64,000 bases of DNA from Myxococcales bacterium (GTDB lineage: Bacteria > Myxococcota > UBA727 > VGSZ01), in assembly GCA_023248635.1 (NCBI GenBank), contig JAHFED010000012.1, positions 43,370-107,369 of the forward strand, written 5' to 3'. The notes below the pieces were generated by a model that was not told the DNA's origin, ran no database searches, and was given only the letters and a program-made list of their open reading frames with translations. Numbering within the stretch: position 1 is the first letter of the stretch; each line of letters opens with the position of its first letter. A program made the position numbers and the translations under genes. Of this stretch, positions 17,995-26,327 are shown one piece after another.

Positions 17995-19090
17995 GAGGCG
18001 ACTTTTTCTGTAAGGTAATGAAACGAAAACTGGCTTGGTAAGATCGAAGGAGCACACCGAGCGCTAGGATGAATGCCGAAGCCACGCTCGCCGTCGCAGC
18101 GACTTGCAGCCGCTTCGGCTTGCTCTTCAGCTCCGGCACTGTTGCTAGATCAATGATCTGGATGACTGCGCCCTCACGCCCCTCGTCAAGTCGGGCGGCC
18201 TCGTACTGCTTGGAAATAAATTCGAACAGGTATTCGCTGTACTTAAAATTGCGGTATTTTTCGATGTACCGTGATGGGTCGGATGGCTCGGTGCTCCCTT
18301 CCTCAATGAGTGCCAGCTGCCCGCGCAGGGCGGTAAGCTCATTATTGGCCTGTTTGAGGAGCGGGTTTTCGTCACCCGCGAAACTGCGCATCGACACGAT
18401 CTTCAGCTCCTGCGCGCTCACTGCGGCCTTGATGCGCGCCACGGCGGCGACGGCGGACTGAGGTGCGGCGTTCATCGCGCGAGTAGAGACCCCCGACGCA
18501 TTCAAGGCACTTTCCGCATCCGCCAACGCGTCCCGCGAGCTCTTCAGCTGGGCTTCGAAATACGCGCGGCGCTGGGAGGCCTCGCCGAACGCAAATTCTT
18601 TATTGATCCTTTGAAGCTCCTCTACATAGGCATTGGCCATCTTTGCAGCGCGCGCCGGGTCGTGATCGCTCACGGCGACGCTGATAAAGCCTTCCTTTTT
18701 ACCGATCGTGATCACGGTGTTCTCTTCCAACTCGCTTTGCAGCTCTTGCGCGTACTCAAGACCATAGATTTCTTTTAGATTAAATCGCGCAATGATCGCG
18801 TTCTCTACATTCCTGCTCTTAAGTAACGCTACATATTGATCTACTGGGTTCTTGGTCACCGCACTTCCGGCCGACCCGGCCAAGCCGCCGATCACGCCAG
18901 CGAGGGCCGCGAGGCCAGATGACGATTGCTGCGCTGGAGGCATTACAGTCGTCGACGCGGTGAAGGTCGGTGCGATCAAGAACGTAATGCCGATGGCAAC
19001 GACGCCGACGGCCGGTGGAGCCCAAAGGAGCAGGCGCCACTGCTTTTGGAGGGCATGCACGATGGCATCGAGGTCCAAGTCGTCACTCAT
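17984..19090 (-). CDS. Wzz/GNVR-type polysaccharide co-polymerase (chain-length determinant)
   Basis: Two terminal TM helices, Gly-rich GLAALAG, DHDPARA, central coiled coil, IQIIDLATVPELKSKPKR; no tyrosine-kinase domain. Confidence 0.85.
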   Translation of the reverse strand: MSDDLDLDAIVHALQKQWRLLLWAPPAVGVVAIGITFLIAPTFTASTTVMPPAQQSSSGLAALAGVIGGLAGSAGSAVTKNPVDQYVALLKSRNVENAIIARFNLKEIYGLEYAQELQSELEENTVITIGKKEGFISVAVSDHDPARAAKMANAYVEELQRINKEFAFGEASQRRAYFEAQLKSSRDALADAESALNASGVSTRAMNAAPQSAVAAVARIKAAVSAQELKIVSMRSFAGDENPLLKQANNELTALRGQLALIEEGSTEPSDPSRYIEKYRNFKYSEYLFEFISKQYEAARLDEGREGAVIQIIDLATVPELKSKPKRLQVAATASVASAFILALGVLLRSYQASFRFITLQKKSPHVE

Positions 19091-19095
19091 CCCAT

Positions 19096-21423
19096 CTACC
19101 TGAACACGTTGATGGTGGCTGCAGCGAGGCCCATGTTGGCCAGAATTTGGGTCCAATCTTTCAGGCCCCGGACGAGCATGGTGTAGCCCGTCTCGAGGTC
19201 GATCCGCTCCGGCACGATAATGACGTCGCCTGGCTCGAGAATCAGTCCGTTGGCCCGGTTGCCAAACCAGGCCCAGAATCCGTCGCCCCTCGATTGCACG
19301 GTCCCATCGGCACGCAACACGAAGATCTCACCGAGATCCGCGATGGCCAGCGGACCCGCGATCTCAAGGTACTGCGCCGTCGTGCGCCCGGGCTTCCACA
19401 AGAGGCTGTTCTCGTTTTGAACGGCACCCACCACGGAAACGAAAGACGGCCGCGCTGGCACCAAGATGCGGTCCTCGTTTTCGAGCACGACAGTCGGCAG
19501 CTCAGGAGCCGCCGGGTCGAGCTCCAGCGAAACGCGTCCCTCGGGCTCAAGCGCGGCGAGCTTTTCGATGCGCTTTTGGGCCAGCGTTTGCTCGAGTTCC
19601 AATTGCGCCTGCGACGCCTCACCTTGGGCGCCCGCCAAGTTCGCCGCCCGAAGGGCAAAGCCTTCGTTCATGCGCTTTTCGATTTGCGCGATGACGGTTG
19701 TGAGGGTGCGAATCTGTGATTGTCGAACGCTCTCGCGTCGCAGCGCCAGCCCGAAGATATACGCTTGATCTGTGAATCCCCCCGCCCGTTTAATGAGGGA
19801 CATCAACGTCTCTCCCGCCGCCAATTGGTAGATGCCAGGCGCACGGACCTCACCTTCGACGCGCGCGAGGCGCGTTCGCTTCGCTTGCGGGCTCGTCAGG
19901 TCGCGCTCGCCAAAGACTGTGACGACGTCGCCGGGTTTGAGCTGGAGGTTCTCCGCCTCGTCGCCTTCGAGAACGGCCTTGCCGAGGTTGAAGGGGATGA
20001 GCTCCGTGGCCAGCGCGGGCGGGTTCACGCGCTCGACGACGGCGTAGTCCCAATTCACTTGGTCGATCAGCTCCTTGATGTCGCTTCGGGATGTCTCCAT
20101 TTCAAGTTTCACCACCGCGTTCTTCCGCCGGAAGTAGTCGTTGGTCATGAGCGACTCACGGTCTGGGATGAGGTCCCGGATGCGCATGCCCTCGCGAAAG
20201 GCGTAGCGGCCGGGCACAGCGACGTTGCCGCGCAAGGTCACCGCATTGGAAAAGGCCGGGCTGATGGGGAAGAGCGTGGCGATATCGCCGTCGCGCAACG
20301 GTGTTTGCAGCCCGGCGTCGTCGAGGGCGAGCGTCACCACCGTTCGCGCCATACGTTCGTGCGGATCGATTCGCTCGAGCGTTGCCCGCCGTTGCGTCGC
20401 CGTGACGGGAATACCGCCCGCGAGCTTGAGCAGATCACCGAGGGATTCTTCGGGGCTCTTGAGCTCGAAGACGGCTTCGGTATGCACGTCTCCGAGCAGG
20501 GCCACCCGCGAGCGCGCGACGGGGTAGAGCAAGGTGTCGCCGGGCAGGAGGGGCACGTCGCCGTTGGTGTGGCCCGCACTGATGAACTCGTACAGATCAA
20601 TCTCGGCGACGACGGCCCCTTCGCGGATCAGCTGGACCCGCCGCACGCTGCCGTTGCCGTTGGGACCGCCAGTCGCAAACAGGGCATTCACGAACGATGT
20701 GAGGCTGCTGACGGTGTACTTTCCCGGCAGGCGCGCTTCGCCTACGACGTAGACGTCGAGGGGCCTCAGCGACCCCAGGGTGGCCGACAGCGAAAAATTG
20801 CGGAAACTCTTGCCCAGCTCGCGGGTCAGGAAAGGCTCGAGCTCCGCCACCCGCACACCCGCAACGGAAACTGCGCCCACCTTTGGCAGCGTCACGCGGC
20901 CCGTGCGATCCACGGTCAGCCGGAGGTTGAGGTCGACGACGCCGGTGAGGCGCGCGACGATCTCGTCACCTGGGCCGATCACGTAGTCACCAGGAACTGG
21001 TGCATCTTTCAGCTGCGCGAAGGTCGTCGGGGGGTCTACGAAATAGGTCGCGCCATACATGGGCACGGTCCGCGCGGTGTTCCTTTTGACGAACCGCTGG
21101 AATCCGTTGAGCTGGGGCTTGGGACGCGGCGGGGCTGCTCCGGCCGATTCTCGCGCGGCGTCCTTCGCGGCAATTTCCGCAGCCAGCGATCGGGCGTCGG
21201 GCGTGATGGGCTTCGTGGGATCGGCCCCGGGCGCAGCTTCTGTGGGCATGCCCCCAGGCACGCCAGTTGGGACATCGTCAGCGCCGTCAGCGTCGAGGCC
21301 GAGATCGGAAGGGATACCGGTGTCCTGGCCGAATGAACGTTGGTCGGTGGTCGGTAGCTGGGCTAGCGCGACAGATCCGAGGAACATCGAAACACCGCAG
21401 GCCTGCAACCAAATCCGCCGCAT
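19096..21423 (-). CDS. Polysaccharide export outer-membrane protein with multiple SLBB domains (Wza/KpsD/OtnA-like)
   Basis: Signal peptide, DYVIGPGD Poly_export motif, repeated VxGEVxxPG.Y...AGG SLBB units, LEPGDVIIVP, amphipathic C-terminal helix. Confidence 0.9.
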   Translation of the reverse strand: MRRIWLQACGVSMFLGSVALAQLPTTDQRSFGQDTGIPSDLGLDADGADDVPTGVPGGMPTEAAPGADPTKPITPDARSLAAEIAAKDAARESAGAAPPRPKPQLNGFQRFVKRNTARTVPMYGATYFVDPPTTFAQLKDAPVPGDYVIGPGDEIVARLTGVVDLNLRLTVDRTGRVTLPKVGAVSVAGVRVAELEPFLTRELGKSFRNFSLSATLGSLRPLDVYVVGEARLPGKYTVSSLTSFVNALFATGGPNGNGSVRRVQLIREGAVVAEIDLYEFISAGHTNGDVPLLPGDTLLYPVARSRVALLGDVHTEAVFELKSPEESLGDLLKLAGGIPVTATQRRATLERIDPHERMARTVVTLALDDAGLQTPLRDGDIATLFPISPAFSNAVTLRGNVAVPGRYAFREGMRIRDLIPDRESLMTNDYFRRKNAVVKLEMETSRSDIKELIDQVNWDYAVVERVNPPALATELIPFNLGKAVLEGDEAENLQLKPGDVVTVFGERDLTSPQAKRTRLARVEGEVRAPGIYQLAAGETLMSLIKRAGGFTDQAYIFGLALRRESVRQSQIRTLTTVIAQIEKRMNEGFALRAANLAGAQGEASQAQLELEQTLAQKRIEKLAALEPEGRVSLELDPAAPELPTVVLENEDRILVPARPSFVSVVGAVQNENSLLWKPGRTTAQYLEIAGPLAIADLGEIFVLRADGTVQSRGDGFWAWFGNRANGLILEPGDVIIVPERIDLETGYTMLVRGLKDWTQILANMGLAAATINVFR

Positions 21424-21653
21424 CGCTTCCTCTCGACGCTGTCCCTCCGCGTAGAACGAAGCGGCAGCTGTGAAAGGCCCTACCCGGCCGTTCGCGCCGA
21501 CGCAACGCCGCGCTGGTTGCCGAACGGTGCGACTTCGAGTTCGCGCGGCACCGCGCCGGCCGAGCCCGCTGCAGTTGTCTTCGTCGTTGCTGCGTGTCAT
21601 GGCACGCGGAAGTGTTCCGGCGGCCCGTCTTCGAACCGACGGTCCGCTTCAGG

Positions 21654-22190
21654 ATGTCGGACTTCATGGCTCCACGAGTATCCAAACTTCGCGTCCGCAG
21701 GCTGCTCCGGGCCGCTCCGATTCGGCACGTCCTCTCGCTGGTCCTCGTTGGCGCGAACGTCGGGGAGCGCTTCTTGAGCGTCGCGCGGACCGCGGTGCTG
21801 CTTCCTCAGTCCGACGACGTCGTTTGCCACCGGTCTGTGGAGGTAAAATACTCGGAGCGGATCACGCTCGGACGACGGGTGATCGTCGGGCCGGACGTTA
21901 CCCTGGGCGCGTACAGCGGTATTTGCCTAGGCGACGATGTGCACTTGTCGAAGGGTGTGACGATTGAAACGGCAGGCTTGGACTTCTCCGGACCGCCACC
22001 TTATCCGCACGCTGGCAAGCCAATCATCATCTGTGAGGGCGTTTGGATTGGCGCTCATGCGATGGTTCTAGGAGGCGTGACGATTGGGCGTCGAGCCATC
22101 ATTGGCGGGGGGGCGATCGTCAGCAAGGACGTTCCAGCTTTCGCCGTGGTGACCGGACAACCCGCTCGGACACGCTTGCGGACCATCTGA
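21654..22190 (+). CDS. Hexapeptide-repeat (LbH) O-acetyltransferase
   Basis: I.LG..V repeats, VWIGAHAMVLGGVTIG, GAIVSKDVP, GQPAR. Start uncertain. Confidence 0.85.
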   Translation: MSDFMAPRVSKLRVRRLLRAAPIRHVLSLVLVGANVGERFLSVARTAVLLPQSDDVVCHRSVEVKYSERITLGRRVIVGPDVTLGAYSGICLGDDVHLSKGVTIETAGLDFSGPPPYPHAGKPIIICEGVWIGAHAMVLGGVTIGRRAIIGGGAIVSKDVPAFAVVTGQPARTRLRTI

Positions 22191-22276
22191 TGATGATGAC
22201 GCGCGCGGACCGCGGCAACCACGGAATCCTGAGTGGAAGGAATTTGATTTAGGGATCTCTCGCGCGACTGCGCCGA

Positions 22277-24058
22277 TCAGAGCCGCAGGCTGAGCCCAAG
22301 GGCCAATTGGTGGTCGTCGAGGGTCGCGCCGCTGAGGTGGTTGAGGTTCGCGATCCAAAAATGCTGGTAGTCGAGGTGCACGCTCAGGGTGAACCTGTCG
22401 AAGCGCAGCGGCAGCAGCTCGCTGCGCAACGTGAACACCCACTGCTCTTCAGAGACCCCCGTCGGCGTCGTCAGCGCCACCGCCGCGGCCCCTTCTTCGT
22501 AGGCCGTGCGCAGGTCGTGTTGCCCCTGCTCCCGGTGCTCCATCCCGATCTCGATGTCGCCGGCGCCGACGTCGAGCACCCCGAGCCACGCGCGCCAGAC
22601 CCGGCTGTCGGGACCAAAGCGCCACCCCAGGGGTTGGTCGACGTACTCCTCTCCGCCGGGGAGGTTGCTGGTGAGGCGACGACGGGAGAACGACGACACC
22701 AGCGGATTCTCGCGCACCCCGAACCAGGGGTTCGTCTCGACGACCTCGACGCCGGCGAACACGTGCAGCGTCATCCCCGCTGCCAACCACACAGGCACAG
22801 CGAGGCCCAGGTCCAGCGGCAGCGGCGCGCACAGCTCGAGGCCCGCGAGCCCGGCCATCGCGTTGGGAATGCCAGCGGCGACGTCGCCGTAGCGCTCCCG
22901 CTCGAAGTCCGATTGGTATTGGTTGAGCGCCGCCTGACCCCACAAGCGCAGTCCCCGCACCGGGACCACTGTTGCTTCCACCTCGAAGACGTAGGCGGCG
23001 GCGACGTAGGCGCTGACCTCGTTCCAGGGGTAGAGGTCGTGCAACACCAGCAGGGGGTTCAAGAAACGCAGGTCGGGCGCCACGCCGCCGATGGTGACCC
23101 CCTCCATCAGTCCCACGTGCACCTTCTCGAGCAGCACCACCTCGAAGCGGTGGAGCACCACGTGCTTCTCCTGCGCGCGCAGGCGGTCCATGCCGGGGAG
23201 GGCGAGCTCGTCGCCCAGCAGGGTCGGATCGAGGCGCATCATCGTCGTCGTCCAGGTGAACCAGGGCACGAAGAGCTGCAGGCTGCCGAAGTCGTAGAAG
23301 TCGACGGCGTCAGAGATGGCGAGATTGCCCATCTGGCCGTTGCCGACGTCGAGACGGTCGCGGCCGAGGTGGAGGTTCCAGGCGGGTCCGCCCAGCGCCA
23401 CCACCGCGCGGTGCGGCAGGGTCACGTCCGTCCCAGCGAGGGGCGGGATGTTGTTGCGGACCTCGCGGGGCTGCGGCTGCTCGAAGAGGTTGTGGTCTTG
23501 GGTGAGGTCGAAGGTGACCCGGCCCCAGGCATCGAGCAGGCCTTCAGGAACGAGATGCAGCGTCGCCTGGGCGTCGAGGGCGGCGATGGGTTGGCGCCGG
23601 TTCCAGCCGTAGTCCCACGCCGGTCCCACGCCGACGACGCTGCCGCGAGAGTAGATTTCGGGTCCCGCGCCAAACCCCACCTCTGCAGCGAAGGTGTCGT
23701 CGTGAAAGACCAAGGGCGGTCGAAGATCGAAGCCCAACACCCGCTGCTCCGTCGACGAGACTGAGGGACCGCGCAGCCACGCGGGCCAGGCCGGACCCTC
23801 GTCGAACACCACCGGCGCTGGTGCTCGCAATCGACCCAAGACCTCGCCCACCCGCCCGATCGGCAGCGGCCGCACCGGCGTGGGGACCACGACGCCGCCT
23901 TCGCTTGCCAGCAGCTCGAGCACCCGCGGCAGTCGGTCCTCGACCTCGACCAGGCGCTGGTTGCCGAGGGGTCCCACCGACCTCGCGTCCTCTGCGCCTG
24001 CACCGCTCGCCCTCAACAAGACAAGGGCGAGGACGCTGGCGACGACGACGCGGAACAC
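22277..24058 (-). CDS. Outer-membrane beta-barrel protein, Wzi (capsule assembly)-like
   Basis: Signal peptide, GRD...GNG..GNL.ISD motif, HRFE, alternating beta strands, PLGWRFGPDS, terminal LGLSLRL. Start uncertain. Confidence 0.6.
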   Translation of the reverse strand: MFRVVVASVLALVLLRASGAGAEDARSVGPLGNQRLVEVEDRLPRVLELLASEGGVVVPTPVRPLPIGRVGEVLGRLRAPAPVVFDEGPAWPAWLRGPSVSSTEQRVLGFDLRPPLVFHDDTFAAEVGFGAGPEIYSRGSVVGVGPAWDYGWNRRQPIAALDAQATLHLVPEGLLDAWGRVTFDLTQDHNLFEQPQPREVRNNIPPLAGTDVTLPHRAVVALGGPAWNLHLGRDRLDVGNGQMGNLAISDAVDFYDFGSLQLFVPWFTWTTTMMRLDPTLLGDELALPGMDRLRAQEKHVVLHRFEVVLLEKVHVGLMEGVTIGGVAPDLRFLNPLLVLHDLYPWNEVSAYVAAAYVFEVEATVVPVRGLRLWGQAALNQYQSDFERERYGDVAAGIPNAMAGLAGLELCAPLPLDLGLAVPVWLAAGMTLHVFAGVEVVETNPWFGVRENPLVSSFSRRRLTSNLPGGEEYVDQPLGWRFGPDSRVWRAWLGVLDVGAGDIEIGMEHREQGQHDLRTAYEEGAAAVALTTPTGVSEEQWVFTLRSELLPLRFDRFTLSVHLDYQHFWIANLNHLSGATLDDHQLALGLSLRL

Positions 24059-24331
24059 GAGCGCTGCATAGCGCTCGACTGGCCACGGCTCAAGGCGCCC
24101 TCGGGGAGCCCCGCCGATGAAGCACCGGAACGGCAAGACGCTGGCGCTTCTGGGATGGACCGGCGGGCGGGGGCGTGAGAGCTAGGGCGGTGTCTTGGTG
24201 CCCCTCGCCATGGACCAGGTGCACCAACGCATCCGGCTCGGCGACGTACCGGCCTTCCTCGCCGCGCGGTTGGGTGCGGGCCTCGGGGGAGGCTTTGCTT
24301 GGCTCGTTGGATCCGCGGAGGGAGAGGGACG

Positions 24332-24745
24332 ATGACCCACACCGTGATTTTCGCCTGTGTGCACAACGCGGGGCGCTCCCAAATGGCGGCGGCCTTCGTC
24401 AACGCCCTGGCCGACCCCACCAAGGTCCGCGCCCTCTCGGCCGGCACCCAACCCGGTGCGCGGGTGCATCCCGAGGTGCTGAGCGCGATGAACGAGGTTG
24501 GCATCGATCTCTCGGCGGCTGTGCCCCAGCTGCTCACCGACGAGCTCGCGCGCGGCGCATGCCTGCTCGTGACCATGGGATGCGGCGAAGCCTGTCCCCT
24601 GGTGCCGGGTCTCGCGCGAGACGATTGGCCCCTCGAAGATCCCAAAGCAAAGCCGGTGGAGCGCGTGCGTCAGATTCGCGACGACGTCAAAGGCCGCGTG
24701 CAGGCGCTGATCAAAGAACGCGGATGGGCGCGCGACGCCGGGTAG
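24332..24745 (+). CDS. arsC: Arsenate reductase ArsC / low-molecular-weight phosphatase family
   Basis: P-loop FACVHNAGRSQMA, SAGT, resolving Cys pair TMGCGEACP, DWPLEDP, IRDDV; good RBS (GGGAGAGG). Confidence 0.88.
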   Translation: MTHTVIFACVHNAGRSQMAAAFVNALADPTKVRALSAGTQPGARVHPEVLSAMNEVGIDLSAAVPQLLTDELARGACLLVTMGCGEACPLVPGLARDDWPLEDPKAKPVERVRQIRDDVKGRVQALIKERGWARDAG

Positions 24746-24968
24746 GCGGCAGATAACGCCGATGTGTTCATTGCTTCAGGCGCGCCTGAAGTCTCGGCCC
24801 CGCTCATCCCGCATCGCCTTGATGTTCGACCGCGTTCTGAATTGGGAAAGACGCGGGATGATGCGCGTGAAGCGCGCCCGCGGAACGCGGAGTTGGTGGG
24901 GGGCCCCGCCGCCGGCTCCGCCGGCGTGGGGGGAGCGCTCCGCGGTCGAAGTTCAGCGAGATCGGGGA

Positions 24969-25112
24969 TCAGCCCCGGCTCAAGGCAGCCTGCTCGTCGT
25001 CGTCGACGTCTTCGACCTTCAGTCCGGCATCGCGCCAGCCTTGCACGACCTCGTCGACCGCGGGCTCTGGCTCGAGGGGCTCGGGCGGCGTCGGCGTCTT
25101 GGGCTTGGTCAT
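24969..25112 (-). CDS. Hypothetical 47-aa Pro-rich/acidic peptide
   Basis: ATG overlaps the TGA of 25109..26284 (ATGA) with GAAGGGGG upstream. Reads MTKPKTPTPPEPLEPEPAVDEVVQGWRDAGLKVEDVDDDEQAALSRG; GC3-rich codons. Below the ORF-track cutoff. Confidence 0.5.
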   Translation of the reverse strand: MTKPKTPTPPEPLEPEPAVDEVVQGWRDAGLKVEDVDDDEQAALSRG

Positions 25113-26284
25113 GCGGCACCCCCTTCGAGAGCCAGGCGCAGGTTGTTCAATGTCGACGACGCGGCCACCAGCTCCTTCAACTCGGACCTCAGCTCAAAGA
25201 CGTCGCGGCCCAAGAGCCGAGCGAAGGCGGGGGTCACCACAGCTTCGACGTCGTCGCCGAAGCGCAGCTGCACTTTGTGTTGGCCCGCGGAGAAACGCAG
25301 CCGCTGGCGCTCGAAGTCGACGACGACGGAGGCCGTCACGGTCCCGTCCGCGGTGCGGGCACAGAGCGTGGCCCTGGGGTTCAGCGATGCATAGGTGCGC
25401 GTCAGCAGGACGTCGGCGTTGAGCAGCTCCTGCACGTGCAGCGTCGTCGTCTCGGTGCCGCCGCCGGCGGACAAGGGCTTGGGGCGAGCGCAGCTCACCG
25501 TCTGTCCATCGGCGGCGAGGGTGTAGGTCCAGCTTCGGCCGGTGTTGCCGAGGGGAACGGTGACGGGCTGGCTGGGCAAGAGCACCACCGGCTCGCCGAT
25601 GTTGGCACCGGTGTCACAGAGCACCAGGCCACGCTGCCCTCCATCGACGAAAGGGACCACGGCGGCGACGTGTCCGAAGGGTGGCTCGATGGACCGGCGC
25701 GTCCCGGGCGGGTGCTCGACGGGCACCAAGAACGCGGGCACGCCCTGAGAACGCAGGCGGGCGACGAGATCGAGGCAGTGGCCGACGCAATTGCTGCCCC
25801 CCTGGTGCCAAGCTCGAAGGGCGTCGGGGGCGAAGCTGCGAAAGGCGGCGACGAGTCTCTGGGTCGCTGCACCCGGCGCGACCGGCGCCGCACCCGCGCT
25901 CTGGACGTGGGCCTGCAGGTGGCGGGCGAGCTCGAGCACGAAAACGAAGGTGTCATAGCGCTGGTTCTCGACGTCACCCCGGGTGGTGCTTCGAAGTCGT
26001 CCAGCGAGCGCGGCCCCGCTGCTCTGCACCGCCATCCCCGCGAGAAGGGGCGAGAGCTGGGGAAGGGGCCAGCACCGATCGGCGACGGCGAGGGTGCGGG
26101 CCTCCACGCCTCGCGTCGAGGCCAAACCCAGCGGGGCCGCCTGCGTCGACGCACTGGCCTTCGGCAAAGGCAGATCCTGCGCTGGGGGCTCCTGCGATGT
26201 CGACGACGTCACCGTCTCCTGCGCCAGCTGGGGCACCAGGGGCTGCGGGCTGGGCTTGGTGGCGGGGCGGGAGTCGATCTTCAC
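25109..26284 (-). CDS. Hypothetical protein with Cys-His-Asp triad (papain/transglutaminase/arylamine N-acetyltransferase-like fold)
   Basis: GGSNCVG...FGHVAAVV...LVLCDTG...EPVVL; Pro/Ser/Thr low-complexity N-terminus. Confidence 0.65.
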   Translation of the reverse strand: MKIDSRPATKPSPQPLVPQLAQETVTSSTSQEPPAQDLPLPKASASTQAAPLGLASTRGVEARTLAVADRCWPLPQLSPLLAGMAVQSSGAALAGRLRSTTRGDVENQRYDTFVFVLELARHLQAHVQSAGAAPVAPGAATQRLVAAFRSFAPDALRAWHQGGSNCVGHCLDLVARLRSQGVPAFLVPVEHPPGTRRSIEPPFGHVAAVVPFVDGGQRGLVLCDTGANIGEPVVLLPSQPVTVPLGNTGRSWTYTLAADGQTVSCARPKPLSAGGGTETTTLHVQELLNADVLLTRTYASLNPRATLCARTADGTVTASVVVDFERQRLRFSAGQHKVQLRFGDDVEAVVTPAFARLLGRDVFELRSELKELVAASSTLNNLRLALEGGAA

Positions 26285-26327
26285 CGGACCATCCTACCGC
26301 GGAGGCTGCTTCGGCGACGGCGCCACG

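Noticed and set aside
21424-21653. JUMPstart/ops element upstream of the polysaccharide operon
   Set aside because: No GGCGGTAG-type motif found on the coding strand.
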